From an uncultured Pseudogracilibacillus sp. (GTDB taxonomy: Bacteria; Bacillota; Bacilli; Bacillales; Amphibacillaceae): a stretch of DNA of 64,000 nt. Shown here in pieces: positions 52,973 to 63,975 of this stretch (position 1 is its first letter; each line of letters starts with the position of its first letter). The stretch lies in contig CALJVC010000081.1 of NCBI GenBank assembly GCA_937974845.1, positions 3,176-67,175 on the forward strand, written 5' to 3'. The notes below the pieces were generated by a model. That model did not search any database and was not told the origin of the DNA. It worked only from the letters and a program-made list of their open reading frames with translations. The position numbers and the translations under genes are program-made.

Positions 52973-53728
52973 TTATTCTGCCTGTTCCTTCGGTGAAGAA
53001 GCGAACCAACCGATGACAGCAATCGCAATAATGACGACGTAGAAGGTCAGTTTCCACGGCCATGACTGAACGAAGGTTTCGGGAATTAAACCAATCTCTT
53101 GATGGCTAAGGACCAAGAGGGACAGTTTTACCCCTACCCAGCCAACAATAATAAAAGCTGATAACTCTAAACCTGGACGCTCGGCCAAAATTTTAACAAA
53201 GAGGTTTGCAGCAAAACGCATTAAAATTACCCCAATCATTCCTCCAACAAAGACGACTAGGAACTGCCCTCCATCCAAACTTCCCACAGTAAAAAGCCCC
53301 GTCGGAGGCAAGGCGACGGCTAGGGCCACTGCTGCTAAAATCGAGTCGACGGCAAAGGCTAAGTCCGCAATTTCAACTTTGAGCACCGTCATCCAAAAAC
53401 CGGACGTTTTCGGTTCTTTTTTAACAGGTTTTTCCTTCGGCGGACGATAACGCTGAAAGATATAGCGGAAGGAAATAAATAAGAGATAGATTGCACCGAT
53501 TGCTTGAATTTGCCAAAAATTAATAAAAAATGAAATAAGAAAAAGAGAGCTCAGCCTTAAGATAAAAGCTCCAGCTAAGCCATAAAATAAAGCCTTCCGC
53601 CGTTCCTCCTCTTCCAAATGCTTGACCATAATAGCTAGGACTAGGGCATTGTCTGCCGCTAATAGCCCTTCTAAACCGATCAGTAACAGTAACACCCAGA
53701 AATATTCCAAAAATAATTGAAAGGTCAT
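52973..53728 (-). CDS. TerC family integral membrane protein (YkoY-like)
   Basis: 251 aa multi-TM protein with TerC motifs (LAADNALVLA, DLAFAVDSILAA). Preceded by a yybP-ykoY riboswitch. Confidence 0.88.
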   Translation of the reverse strand: MTFQLFLEYFWVLLLLIGLEGLLAADNALVLAIMVKHLEEEERRKALFYGLAGAFILRLSSLFLISFFINFWQIQAIGAIYLLFISFRYIFQRYRPPKEKPVKKEPKTSGFWMTVLKVEIADLAFAVDSILAAVALAVALPPTGLFTVGSLDGGQFLVVFVGGMIGVILMRFAANLFVKILAERPGLELSAFIIVGWVGVKLSLLVLSHQEIGLIPETFVQSWPWKLTFYVVIIAIAVIGWFASSPKEQAE

Positions 53729-53776
53729 GTCTGTTCTCCTTATCCTCTATGTTAGTTTCCAAAGTTTTTGGCATAT

Positions 53777-53932
53777 AAAAAAACCTTTATCTTATTATGC
53801 GCAAATGTTACATAGTTAACATTTGTATCCTGCATAATAAGATAAAGGTCTTGCTAACAACGGTCGTTGCCAGCGATGCCGGGGCGAGAGCCCGTAATGA
53901 CGACATCTGCTGTATAGCTACTCCCCTTTATA
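53777..53932 (-). promoter_or_regulatory. yybP-ykoY (Mn2+) riboswitch with terminator expression platform
   Basis: Minus strand carries AAAGGGGAGTAGC and GTTAGCAAGACC conserved segments. A long terminator hairpin follows (ACCTTTATCTTATTATGC...GCATAATAAGATAAAGGT plus seven T). Confidence 0.85.
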
Positions 53933-53944
53933 CTTGATGGACAC

Positions 53945-55687
53945 TTACATATTTTCTTCTACTACAATTAAATCATATAATGCTTTTTTTAGCATCTGAT
54001 AACGCTCGTCCACCTCTTCTTTTGTTCTTCCGTAAGCACCGTAGTACCATTTTAACTTTGGTTCCGTGCCGGAAGGTCGGAGGCAGACCCAGGAACGATC
54101 TTCTAAAACATATTTTATCACATTTTCCCGCGGTAAGGTCAAGCTTTCCTCTAAGGATGAATTCTTTACACCGCTACGAACTCTTTGGAGGTAATCTTCC
54201 TTATATAAAACGTCCAAATCCCCAATAGTAGAAAGGGAACCTTGACGAAAACGGTCGATGATGGCGTGAATTTTTTCGACACCTTGTTTTCCTTCTAATG
54301 TGATGGCATCGACCCCTTCTTTATAATAGCCGTGCTTCTCATAAAGGGCTTCTAAGGCATCGAGTAAGGTCTTTCCTTTCCTTTGCCAATAATCAGCCAT
54401 TTGGCAAGTCATCATGGCGGCATGTACCCCATCCTTATCCCGAACAAAGGGGGTCATTAAATAACCATAGCTTTCCTCGTAACCGAATAGGAAGGTTTCG
54501 CCCGTTCGGTCGAATTCGTTAATTTTCTCACCGATATACTTAAAGCCTGTCAACGTATCGATCGTTTCAATCCCGTAGGAACTAGCGATTGCCCGACCTA
54601 ATTCTGAAGTGACAATCGTCTTTACCATCCTAGCACTCGGTAAAATTCGTTCATCCGTATGGGAAGCGATATAATCGAGTAAAAGGGCGCCTAACTGGTT
54701 TCCATTTAAAAGGACGTAGTCTCCAGATATATCCCGAACAGCTACTCCTAGACGGTCAGCATCAGGATCCGTCGCTAATAACAGGTCCGCTTCAACTTTC
54801 CTTCCTAGCTCCTTCGCCTTTTCAAAGGCCGAAGGTTCCTCAGGGTTGGGTGAAGAAACCGTCGAAAATTCTGGATCCGCTACCGCCTGCTCTTCCACCA
54901 CATGGACATTTGGAAAACGCAACATTCGTAAACCCTCTGTCACAAGCTTTGTCGCCGTACCATGGAGCGGAGTAAAAACGATTCGTAGCGGTTTTTCCTT
55001 CTCTTCTACCGGACCGGTCGGCTGAAGGGAAAACGTAGACATCGAAACCATCATATCCAAATAGGCCGAGCCTATCTCATCTTTTAATATCTCCAACAAG
55101 CCACTCTGTTTGACTTCCTGCAGGGACTTCGTCGCCACGGTTAACTCGTCCTCTACTTCTTCAATGGCTGAAATTATCGCCTCAGCCTCCGTTGAAGTAA
55201 TTTGGCTCCCTGCTTCATTATAAACTTTTAACCCGTTATACTCGGGGGGATTATGGCTAGCAGTAATCATGATTCCGGCTACCGTCCGCAAATGCCTCAC
55301 CGCAAAGGAAAGTAAGGGGGTCGGCTGGATCGACTCAAACAAATACGTTTTAATACGATGAGCCCCTAACACCTTCGCTACTTCATAGGCAAAGTCCTTT
55401 GATTTATGCCGGGAATCATAGGCTACGACGACTCCACGGCTCTCGTAATTAACCGTATGTTCCTTAATATAATTTGCTAGACCCTCGACCGTCTTCCTAA
55501 CCGTATAGAGGTTCATCCGGTTAGGACCAGGGCCAAGCTTTCCACGGATTCCCCCGGTACCGAAGGAAAGGTTTTCATAGAAAGCATCTTCTAAACTAGC
55601 CCGATCCTTAGCCATCTCTTCTAGTTCTGCCTTTAATTCTTCATCTAACTCTGGAAAGTTAAGCCATTTTTGAATAGTTTTTTGCAC
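53945..55687 (-). CDS. pgcA: phosphoglucomutase / phospho-sugar mutase (PgcA-like)
   Basis: 580 aa with active-site serine loop TASHNPPEYNG and metal loop DPDADR. Confidence 0.92.
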   Translation of the reverse strand: MQKTIQKWLNFPELDEELKAELEEMAKDRASLEDAFYENLSFGTGGIRGKLGPGPNRMNLYTVRKTVEGLANYIKEHTVNYESRGVVVAYDSRHKSKDFAYEVAKVLGAHRIKTYLFESIQPTPLLSFAVRHLRTVAGIMITASHNPPEYNGLKVYNEAGSQITSTEAEAIISAIEEVEDELTVATKSLQEVKQSGLLEILKDEIGSAYLDMMVSMSTFSLQPTGPVEEKEKPLRIVFTPLHGTATKLVTEGLRMLRFPNVHVVEEQAVADPEFSTVSSPNPEEPSAFEKAKELGRKVEADLLLATDPDADRLGVAVRDISGDYVLLNGNQLGALLLDYIASHTDERILPSARMVKTIVTSELGRAIASSYGIETIDTLTGFKYIGEKINEFDRTGETFLFGYEESYGYLMTPFVRDKDGVHAAMMTCQMADYWQRKGKTLLDALEALYEKHGYYKEGVDAITLEGKQGVEKIHAIIDRFRQGSLSTIGDLDVLYKEDYLQRVRSGVKNSSLEESLTLPRENVIKYVLEDRSWVCLRPSGTEPKLKWYYGAYGRTKEEVDERYQMLKKALYDLIVVEENM

Positions 55688-55829
55688 CGTTTCTCCTCCT
55701 ACAGACGTGGCTATGCGCTACGTTTTTACCTAATGAAAATAATAGCACAAGTTTTTCATTTGTTCTACTTAAGAAAAGGAAGGACTTTGGTTGTGAGTCC
55801 TGGGAAAATCCTCTACAATAAATGAAGGA

Positions 55830-56027
55830 GTGATGAATATGGATAAAAAACAATTAGAAGCTAAGCTAGCCGAATTAAAGTCCGACTATGTCCGCATCCA
55901 AGGTGACTTGGAAAAGGTCGTCTCCGTCGGAGGTCAAGCTGAAACTCCCGAACGCGAACTCATTCGCTTGGAAGAGGAAATTGCTAATATCAACGAACAA
56001 CTGGCAAAATTAGATTCGGACGCATAG
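55830..56027 (+). CDS. small coiled-coil protein (SE1832-like)
   Basis: 65-aa ORF. An AAGGAG RBS sits 8 nt before the internal ATG at 55839. A strong terminator follows. Confidence 0.6.
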   Translation: MMNMDKKQLEAKLAELKSDYVRIQGDLEKVVSVGGQAETPERELIRLEEEIANINEQLAKLDSDA

Positions 56028-56044
56028 TCGGAAGTATATACTAA

Positions 56045-56079
56045 ACGGATTGAAAGCAGGGCTTTCAATCCGTTTTTTT
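56045..56079 (+). terminator. intrinsic terminator of the small plus-strand gene
   Basis: 13-bp stem ACGGATTGAAAGC/GCTTTCAATCCGT followed by seven T. It overlaps the 3' end of the convergent antiporter ORF. Confidence 0.8.
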
Positions 56080-57906
56080 ATCGGTTTCTTTATCTTCAAT
56101 TTTCATCGGGGTTAAACTGACAATCTTATCCCCTACTTGCGGATATTGCTTCATATCCGTGGCATAGAAATAAATTTGTCCCGTCGGTTTAACGAAATAT
56201 AAATTTACCGCTTCCTCTGCCTTTTCCCGACAGTAATCGTCATAGGTAAACCGTTCCGATAAGGTCGTAACCGTATAAGAATAACCGTCATCAATCTTTT
56301 CGATAAAATCATAAAGGGTGATGCGCTCTTGGCAAAGGGAACGCCCACCTAATTTCGCAGCGATCGCCTCATTTTCTCCGTATTCAGGATCCACCTTAAA
56401 CACATTCATCCGACCATATTCCGGTAAGAAGGCCGTACAAATTAAGGAGTTATAAGAATACGATACCGTCGCAGCAATGATCACATCGTAGGGAATCGTA
56501 TCTAAGTTATACTCCGTCTGCTCGGATAATATCTCCCCGTAATGGTAAGGCACACCGGCCTGGCGAGCATGGCGTAAATTCCGCCAAGAGTTATCGACGA
56601 TAAGAACCGGGCTATGGACCTTTTGAAGGGACTGGGCTAGTTCAACGGTAAATTTATTACTCCCAACTATGAGTACACCTTCTTTTCCTTCTAAGGAAAG
56701 GTTCAGCCTTTTCGCTAAAGGCCCTAGGGTGAAACCATGGGCAACAACGGTGAAAAATACGAGGCCGAAGGTTAAGGTCGTTAACATTTTTGCATCTTCA
56801 TAGCCGGCATCGAGTAAAATACTCGCAAAATAACTCGAAACCGTCAAGGCGACGATTCCCCTAGGCGCAATCCAACCGATTAACGCCCGCTCCTGTAAGG
56901 ACAGGCCCGTATTGATCGTTGAAATAAAAATCGATATCGGCCGAACAAAAAACATCATTAAGAGGACATAGCCGATAATGTTCGGTTGGAATATTTCTAC
57001 TAAAGTCCCCCGTTCTAAAGAGGCTGCTAACATAATAAAAATAGCGGAAATTAAAAGAACGGACAAGTTTTCTTTAAAATGCCGGAAGTCGTGTAAAGAA
57101 TTGATCCCGATATTTGCCAAGGTCATTCCGAGGGCAGTCACTGCTAATAATCCTGTTCCCTGGATAATTTCATCGGGAATCGTAAAGATGAAAATAACAA
57201 AACTAAAGACAATCGGCGATTTTAAAAACTCCGGTACCCGGCCCCCCTCAAAGAGCCAGCCGATAAAATGTCCACCAGCCCAACCGAATAGAACCGCGAA
57301 ACCAGCGATTAAAAAGAAAAACAATAAATCGACGACACCTTTTGACTCTACTGTAAAAACAGTAATAATCTCAAAGGCAAAGACGGCCAACAAAACCCCT
57401 AAAGGATCGACGACGATCCCTTCCCATTTTAAAATCGTCGCTACCCGGGGCTTCAACTTTGACTGGCGAAGCAAGGGTAAAATAACCGTCGGACCTGTCA
57501 CCACAAACAGTCCCCCAATGACGAAGGCGACTTCCCATGAAAGCCCTGCCATATAGTGGGCTGTAAGAGAACCTAAAATCCAAGCGATAAAGGCACCCAC
57601 GGTTGCTATCCGAAAAATCGGTCGCTCTACACCTTGTACTTCTTTACGATTTAAATCTAAGCTGCCTTCAAATAAAATAATCGCTACCGCAACCGAAATA
57701 ATCGGTCGGTACAAATCACCGAAGCTTTCTTCGGGGTTCATAATACCAAGAAAAGGTCCTACGATTAAACCAGCGATCGACATAACTACAATGGCGGGCA
57801 TATTAAACTTCCAAGCAAGCCACTGTGAGCCTATTCCTAAAACGCCGATCAACATGATGATAAACAACATCGACAATTCTATCTGTTCCATGCGTTCTCC
57901 AGCCAC
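56065..57906 (-). CDS. cation:proton antiporter (CPA1-type transmembrane domain) with a C-terminal cytoplasmic Rossmann-like (RCK/TrkA-N-like) domain
   Basis: 613 aa. About 400 aa of TM helices with Na+/H+ exchanger features, then a soluble domain beginning VLIVGSNKF. The likely start is a few codons inside the track ORF (MEQIEL). Confidence 0.85.
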   Translation of the reverse strand: MAGERMEQIELSMLFIIMLIGVLGIGSQWLAWKFNMPAIVVMSIAGLIVGPFLGIMNPEESFGDLYRPIISVAVAIILFEGSLDLNRKEVQGVERPIFRIATVGAFIAWILGSLTAHYMAGLSWEVAFVIGGLFVVTGPTVILPLLRQSKLKPRVATILKWEGIVVDPLGVLLAVFAFEIITVFTVESKGVVDLLFFFLIAGFAVLFGWAGGHFIGWLFEGGRVPEFLKSPIVFSFVIFIFTIPDEIIQGTGLLAVTALGMTLANIGINSLHDFRHFKENLSVLLISAIFIMLAASLERGTLVEIFQPNIIGYVLLMMFFVRPISIFISTINTGLSLQERALIGWIAPRGIVALTVSSYFASILLDAGYEDAKMLTTLTFGLVFFTVVAHGFTLGPLAKRLNLSLEGKEGVLIVGSNKFTVELAQSLQKVHSPVLIVDNSWRNLRHARQAGVPYHYGEILSEQTEYNLDTIPYDVIIAATVSYSYNSLICTAFLPEYGRMNVFKVDPEYGENEAIAAKLGGRSLCQERITLYDFIEKIDDGYSYTVTTLSERFTYDDYCREKAEEAVNLYFVKPTGQIYFYATDMKQYPQVGDKIVSLTPMKIEDKETDKKTD

Positions 57907-58126
57907 CTTTACCCCGCACTTTTACCATCCAACGAAAGGTATAAAAGTCATTTTATAATTGTATCGTTGAATTGTAAAGTTAAAAAAGGAAATTTTTTAT
58001 TTTATTATTCCACCTTAGAAATATCTTACAAACAGTCTGAAAAAGCATCCTACTTCCGGGAAAGAAAAATTTCCGGAAATGAGCTTTCTCCTTCTAGCAA
58101 GAAGGCGCTCACTCCGGAAAAGCTTC

Positions 58127-59365
58127 CTATTTAAATTCTCCGGCCCAGGTTCCATCTCGGAAAATCGGTTCCCGAGTTCCATCCGCTAAGACACCGTCAA
58201 TCGTTAAGGCTTCGGAGCCAATCATAAAGTCAACATGGACCATACTATCGTTAATTCCCTTTTCATCGAGGGCTTGTTCGTCCATTTTTTCGCCACCTTC
58301 CACACTTGTAGGATAGGCCTTCCCTAGGGCTAAGTGGCAGGAGGCATTCTCATCGAATAAGGTGTTATAAAAAATAACACCCGACTGGGAAATCGGAGAC
58401 TCATGGGGAACGAGGGCTACCTCTCCTAAACGGCGGGCCCCTTCATCCGTTTCAAGTAAATGTTTTAGGACGTCCTCCCCTTCCTCCGCAGAAAAATCAA
58501 CGACCTTCCCCTCCTCAAAGGTTAATGTAAAGCCGTCAATAACACTTCCGCCGTAATGGAGTGGTTTCGTACTCGATACTGTACCATTCACCTTATATTT
58601 ATCCGGTGCCGTATACACTTCTTCAGTAGGCATATTCGGGTTAAAGACGATTCCTTTTTGCGAAATAGCCACCCCGCCCTGCCAGAGATGTCCTTCTGGT
58701 AAGCCTACTTCTAAGTCGGTACCTGGAGCTTTAAAATGTAACTTTTTATACTGTTTAGCATTCAACTTCGTCTGCATCGCTTCTAACTTTTTATTATGTT
58801 GATCCCAAGCAGACAATGGGTCGTCCTCTGTTAAACGGACAGTCTTTTTAATTTCTTCCCATAATAAGGCTACCGCCTTCTCTTCGGTCTCCTGCGGAAA
58901 AACCTTCTTCGCCCATCCTTTTGTCGGAAGGGAAACGACCGTCCACGGTACTTCATCGTTCATTAGATAAGCCCGGTACTTCGTCAAGGCTTGTCCTGTC
59001 GCCTTCGCCTCCTTAGCTACTCGGCTTGGGTCTATATCCTTTAATAAATCAGGATTGCTTGCATAAATAGAGATAAAGGCAGAGCCCTTTTCAGCAAATT
59101 CCTCGTATTTATCTACTTCCCACTGTGGTACATCTTCTAACACCTCATCCGGTGCGTACGTAAACTTTAAAAGTGACAGTTCCTCATCTTTCCATTGGAC
59201 GTGAACCTTGCTTGCGCCTGCTTCATAGGCGGTTTTAGCAAGAATTCGCACAAAGCTAGCGACCTCGACCGGTGCTGTAATAAAAACGGGCTGATTCTTT
59301 TGGACATTGACCCCTTTTTTAACAATTAAGTTCGCATATTTTTCTAGCACTTCGCGTTCGAACAT
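58127..59365 (-). CDS. ampS: aminopeptidase, M29 family (AmpS/PepS-like)
   Basis: 412 aa with the typical M29 N-terminus (LEKYANLIVKKGVNVQKNQ) and C-terminal HVDFMIGS. Confidence 0.9.
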   Translation of the reverse strand: MFEREVLEKYANLIVKKGVNVQKNQPVFITAPVEVASFVRILAKTAYEAGASKVHVQWKDEELSLLKFTYAPDEVLEDVPQWEVDKYEEFAEKGSAFISIYASNPDLLKDIDPSRVAKEAKATGQALTKYRAYLMNDEVPWTVVSLPTKGWAKKVFPQETEEKAVALLWEEIKKTVRLTEDDPLSAWDQHNKKLEAMQTKLNAKQYKKLHFKAPGTDLEVGLPEGHLWQGGVAISQKGIVFNPNMPTEEVYTAPDKYKVNGTVSSTKPLHYGGSVIDGFTLTFEEGKVVDFSAEEGEDVLKHLLETDEGARRLGEVALVPHESPISQSGVIFYNTLFDENASCHLALGKAYPTSVEGGEKMDEQALDEKGINDSMVHVDFMIGSEALTIDGVLADGTREPIFRDGTWAGEFK

Positions 59366-59408
59366 TCGTATGAACCCCTTTACCTTGTATTTTATTCCTT
59401 ATTGTACA

Positions 59409-60851
59409 CTATAGTATCGGTGATAATAAGCGAGAAATCGATTCTTTAAAGCGGATGATAAAGGACCGCTTCTCATACAATTGCTTCGTCATCTGGGTTG
59501 ACTGACGAATATCTTGTTTAAAGACTTCAACCAAAGTTTCGGCAAAGTCAACATCGTATATGAAGGCATTGACCTCAAAGTTTAACCGGAAGCTGCGAAC
59601 ATCGATATTCGCTGTACCTACAGAAGAAAGCTTCCCATCGACGACGATGGTTTTAGCATGTAAGAAACCATTTTGATAAAGATAAATTTCCGCCCCTTCA
59701 TTTAAGAGCTCACCGACATAGGATAGGGTAGCCCAATAAACAAATAGGTGATCCGGCTTATTCGGAATCATTATCTTAATCTTAACTCCCGATAAAGCGG
59801 CGATTCGAAGGGCATCCATTAAAGCCTCATCTGGAATAAAGTAGGGCGTTTGAATATAGACGTACTCCTTGGCCTCGAGGATCATTTTGATATAACCGTA
59901 CTTAATTTGCTCCCATTCATGATCCGGCCCGCTAGAGACAATCTGCATCCCTACATCGCCATAATCTCCGCCGATAAAGTATAAGTCATTATATTCAATT
60001 TTATGACGGGAGGCTTGGTTCCAGTCGAGAATAAAGCGGGTCTGCATCATTTTCACCGCATCTCCCTTTACCCGTAAATGGGTGTCCCGCCAATAGCCGA
60101 ATTTATTGGACTTACCGAGGTATTCATCCCCGATATTAAAACCACCGACATAACCGACTTTCCCATCGATAATAGCTAGTTTACGGTGGTTTCGGAAATT
60201 TACTCGTAAATTAATTTTGGCAAAGCGGGAAGGGAAAAAGGCACCTACTTGAACATTGGCCGCTTCTAACCGTTTAATATACCGACGGCTTAAGGAGCGG
60301 GAGCCTAAGTCATCGTACAAAAGGCGTACCTCGACTCCTTCCTGGGCTTTCTTGATTAAAATATCGGCTATTTGTGTACCAATCTGGTCGTTACGAATAA
60401 TGTAGTAGAGTAAATGGATATGGTGTTCTGCCTTTTCTAAGTCTGCTATGAGGGCATCGAACTTATCTTTACCATCAATAAAAAGATCGACCTTGTTGTT
60501 TTGTGAGTAAATGGCGTCATTATTTTTTAAATGCAGTGTGAACAGTTCTTTATAGGGGGCGAGCACCTTTTGTTTAAAGGGTAGGCGATCGTTTTGAATA
60601 ATTTCCAACTGCTCCCTAACAGCTCGTTTAATACCGAGGCGACTTTTCGTATCGAGGGTAAATAGACGTTTTCCACTCAACCTTCTCCCAAAGAAAAAGT
60701 ATAGAATAAAGCCGAGAATAGGAATAAAGAACAAGACCATGATCCAAGCCCAAGTAGAGCTGGCGTTTTTCCTCTCTAAAAAAATAACCGTAAACGCCAG
60801 GGCTATGTTGATAATCATGATCGAACTTAACAAGATGGAAATGATTTGCAT
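59409..60851 (-). CDS. cls: cardiolipin synthase
   Basis: 480 aa with two N-terminal TM helices and two HKD motifs (HRKLAIIDG, HAKTIVVDG). Confidence 0.95.
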   Translation of the reverse strand: MQIISILLSSIMIINIALAFTVIFLERKNASSTWAWIMVLFFIPILGFILYFFFGRRLSGKRLFTLDTKSRLGIKRAVREQLEIIQNDRLPFKQKVLAPYKELFTLHLKNNDAIYSQNNKVDLFIDGKDKFDALIADLEKAEHHIHLLYYIIRNDQIGTQIADILIKKAQEGVEVRLLYDDLGSRSLSRRYIKRLEAANVQVGAFFPSRFAKINLRVNFRNHRKLAIIDGKVGYVGGFNIGDEYLGKSNKFGYWRDTHLRVKGDAVKMMQTRFILDWNQASRHKIEYNDLYFIGGDYGDVGMQIVSSGPDHEWEQIKYGYIKMILEAKEYVYIQTPYFIPDEALMDALRIAALSGVKIKIMIPNKPDHLFVYWATLSYVGELLNEGAEIYLYQNGFLHAKTIVVDGKLSSVGTANIDVRSFRLNFEVNAFIYDVDFAETLVEVFKQDIRQSTQMTKQLYEKRSFIIRFKESISRLLSPIL

Positions 60852-61108
60852 AATACCCTCTACTCCTTCACTAATTAAAGGGACGAAGAATCGGAGAACA
60901 TTGCATTTGTCTCCTTGTACATAGCTTCTTAGAAGCCTTTCGTTTCCTACGAATGGCTTAGGTAAAGTTTTCTACTCATATTATCACAATAAACGTTAAA
61001 AAATGCTAGTTAATCGTGCGGAAAACCTCTTTCATTGCAAAAGAAGAACGATTTCGTTTAAATTATAAAGATAAACTGATGATTTCACGAAAATTGGGGA
61101 CATGACTT

Positions 61109-62035
61109 ATGGAAAAAGATCAAACTAAAAAAGGAATCGTAACTGCCCTAGTGACCTACGTTATTTGGGGACTTCTACCAATTTATTGGAATTTCCTCGA
61201 CGTCTTCCGGGCGGATATTGTTTTTAGCCACCGTATTATTTGGTCCTTTGTCTTCATCCTTTTATATATTATGTTAACAGGGCAACGAGGTGACTTTATC
61301 CGCGAGGCAAAGGCAATCATTAACAATAAGAAGGCCTTCTTCGCTATTCTCGGCGCCTCCCTCGTCATCGGATTAAACTGGCTCGTCTTTATTTGGGCTG
61401 TACAAAACGGTCACGTCATCCAGTCGAGTTTAGGGTATTATATTAACCCATTAATGAGCGTCGTCTTAGGAGTTGTCATTTTAAAAGAACGCCTATCCAA
61501 GGTTCAACAACTCTCGGTCTTATTAGCTGCCATCGGGGTGCTTTATTTGACCATGACATATAACGTTTTCCCTTGGATTTCTTTAATTTTAGCAACGACC
61601 TTCGCCATCTACGGCTTGTTGAAAAAAATTGCCCAATTAAATGCAACCTTTAGCCTCATGATGGAAACCGCTGTCCTCGCTCCCTTCGCCCTATTGTATT
61701 TATGGAGCCAGTTCGGCCTGAACCTTGGTTTCCATGAAGATTTAACGGCGAATATCCTTCTTTTATTTACTGGAATAGCGACAGCGGTTCCCTTACTCTT
61801 ATTCGGTGTCGCCGTCCTATATATTCCGCTATCCCTCGTCGGAATTATCCAGTATTTATCACCGACTTTGATGTTAATCATCGGCGTCGTTCTCTACAAA
61901 GAGGCCTTTACTATACACCATCTAATTACTTTTATTTGTATTTGGATTTCGGTGACTCTCTTCGTTTTATCTGGTTTAAAACAGGATAAAATCCGAGCTT
62001 CCACACCGGAAAAATTAGAAAAGGTTGACAATTAA
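61109..62035 (+). CDS. rarD: EamA/RarD family transporter
   Basis: 308 aa with ten TM helices and a RarD-like N-terminus (KGIVTALVTYVIWGLLPIYW). Confidence 0.85.
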   Translation: MEKDQTKKGIVTALVTYVIWGLLPIYWNFLDVFRADIVFSHRIIWSFVFILLYIMLTGQRGDFIREAKAIINNKKAFFAILGASLVIGLNWLVFIWAVQNGHVIQSSLGYYINPLMSVVLGVVILKERLSKVQQLSVLLAAIGVLYLTMTYNVFPWISLILATTFAIYGLLKKIAQLNATFSLMMETAVLAPFALLYLWSQFGLNLGFHEDLTANILLLFTGIATAVPLLLFGVAVLYIPLSLVGIIQYLSPTLMLIIGVVLYKEAFTIHHLITFICIWISVTLFVLSGLKQDKIRASTPEKLEKVDN

Positions 62036-62052
62036 TTTGCAAGGTGTATAAT
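62025..62052 (+). promoter_or_regulatory. sigma-A promoter of the metY leader
   Basis: TTGACA (62025-62030), 16 nt spacer, TATAAT (62047-62052), about 25 nt upstream of the SAM aptamer. Confidence 0.55.
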
Positions 62053-62076
62053 TGATACAAAATTCAAAATATACAT

Positions 62077-62251
62077 CTCTTATCAAGACGGATGGAGGGA
62101 ATGGGCCCAATGAAGTCCAGCAACCTGAAAGCATACGTCCATGCTTTTTCCGGTGCTAAATCCTACAGGTAGACTACCTGGAAGATAAGAGGAGGAATGA
62201 ATCGAGACGATATCAAACCTTCTTCTATCTTTTTTAGAAGAAGGTTTTTTT
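62077..62251 (+). promoter_or_regulatory. SAM-I (S-box) riboswitch with terminator
   Basis: CTCTTATCAAGA...GGAGGGA...GGCCC.ATGAAG...CAGCAACC...GGTGCTAAATCC...GAAGATAAGAG, followed by the terminator AACCTTCTTCT/AGAAGAAGGTT and a T run. Confidence 0.9.
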
Positions 62252-62339
62252 AATCGTAAGGCAAAGACTGCTTACTGAGAATTACGATATCCCGTTCTCT
62301 CCTCTATAAGTGATGTAAAAAATAGGGAGGAATTTCATC

Positions 62340-63968
62340 ATGGTTAATTTTCAGTTTCAAAAGGACGATACGATCTTAGTTCATGGAGGGCAGGAACCCG
62401 ATCCGGTAACTGGCTCACGGGCGGTACCGATTCATCAAACGACATCCTACGTTTTCCGAGATACAGACCATGCCCGTAACCTATTCGCCTTAACAGAGTC
62501 AGGAAACATTTATACCCGGATCATGAACCCGACGACCGACACCCTTGAACAGCGGGTTGCCTTATTAGAGGACGGTACAGCTGCCGTCGCCGTTTCTTCC
62601 GGAATGGCAGCTATTACGTACGCCATTTTAAACGTAGCCGGTGCCGGCGACGAAATCGTTACAGATAGTAATCTTTACGGTGGAACGTATAACTTATTTG
62701 TACATACCTTGCCTCGCTTCGGCATTAAGGTAAAGTTCGTCGATGGATCTAATCCCGAAAATTTCCGCACGGCCATTACCGATAAGACGAAGGCCATTTT
62801 TGGCGAGACGATTACGAACCCAAGCTTACATGTTTTTGATATTGAAAAAGTCGCTGCAATCGCCCATGAACACAATATCCCTTTAATTATCGACAACACC
62901 TTCGCGCCCTACTTTGCTAAACCTTTACAATGGGGAGCCGACGTCGTCGTCCATTCAGCTACGAAGTGGATCGGTGGACACGGTACGAGCATCGGTGGTG
63001 TCGTCGTCGACGGTGGACGCTTTAACTGGGATAATCCGAAGTTTCCAGGCTTTACAGAGCCAGACGAAAGCTATGGCGGGGTACGCTATGCCGATTTAGG
63101 TCCTGTAGCTTTTGCCGTCAAATTACGGGTACAATTATTACGAGATACCGGTGCAGCCCTAAGCCCACACAATGCTTTTTTACTGCTCCAAGGCTTAGAA
63201 ACCTTGCACCTACGAATCACCCGGCATAACGATAATGCCATTGAAGTAGCTAACTACTTAAATAATCATCCCGCCGTCGCCTGGGTAAACTTCCCTGGCT
63301 TAAAAGACCATCCATCCCACGAGCTCGCCCATAAGTACTTTAGCGAGGGCTATGGTTCTATCGTTACCTTTGGTATCAAGGGGGGCTACGAAGCAGGGAA
63401 AAACTTAATCGACACAATCGATCTCTGGTCGCACGTCGCCAACGTCGGGGACGCTAAGTCTTTAATCATTCACCCGGCATCCACGACCCACCAACAGCTA
63501 AGCCCAGAAGATTTAGCTAAAAGCGGGGTCACAGAGGATCTAATCCGTCTCTCCGTAGGTATCGAAAGTCTTGACGACATTATCGGTACATTAGATGAAG
63601 CGATTGGGAAAGTAACAAAAGTATATACCCGAGTCCAGGAAGAAACGGATGCTACGGATTGGTTAACGACTTCTCCTTTCGACCGTTCCGATGGTATACG
63701 ACGGAAAACAATCGTCGTGAAAGGCGATGAAAAACTATACGAAGAAGTCCGTAGCCTGACGAAAAAAGGCTATCACGTCCTACGAATCGAAGACCATGAC
63801 AAAGAAATTGTCGACTGCTTATTAACTAATGAAGCAATTACCGACCCATTTATACAGGACGTTCAAGCCATCGAACCTAAAATTATTTGGACGACAGACC
63901 GTGTAGATACGACAGATGCTTCAATTGTGACGATTGCTGAGAAGGACTTTTTAGGTTACTTCATTTAA
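62340..63968 (+). CDS. metY: O-acetylhomoserine sulfhydrylase (aminocarboxypropyltransferase) with a C-terminal extension of about 115 aa
   Basis: Cys/Met PLP family with the PLP lysine in [11 protein letters not shown]. The canonical end ([25 protein letters not shown]) is followed by an extra domain of about 115 aa. Confidence 0.9.
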   Translation: MVNFQFQKDDTILVHGGQEPDPVTGSRAVPIHQTTSYVFRDTDHARNLFALTESGNIYTRIMNPTTDTLEQRVALLEDGTAAVAVSSGMAAITYAILNVAGAGDEIVTDSNLYGGTYNLFVHTLPRFGIKVKFVDGSNPENFRTAITDKTKAIFGETITNPSLHVFDIEKVAAIAHEHNIPLIIDNTFAPYFAKPLQWGADVVVHSATKWIGGHGTSIGGVVVDGGRFNWDNPKFPGFTEPDESYGGVRYADLGPVAFAVKLRVQLLRDTGAALSPHNAFLLLQGLETLHLRITRHNDNAIEVANYLNNHPAVAWVNFPGLKDHPSHELAHKYFSEGYGSIVTFGIKGGYEAGKNLIDTIDLWSHVANVGDAKSLIIHPASTTHQQLSPEDLAKSGVTEDLIRLSVGIESLDDIIGTLDEAIGKVTKVYTRVQEETDATDWLTTSPFDRSDGIRRKTIVVKGDEKLYEEVRSLTKKGYHVLRIEDHDKEIVDCLLTNEAITDPFIQDVQAIEPKIIWTTDRVDTTDASIVTIAEKDFLGYFI

Positions 63969-63975
63969 AATAAAA

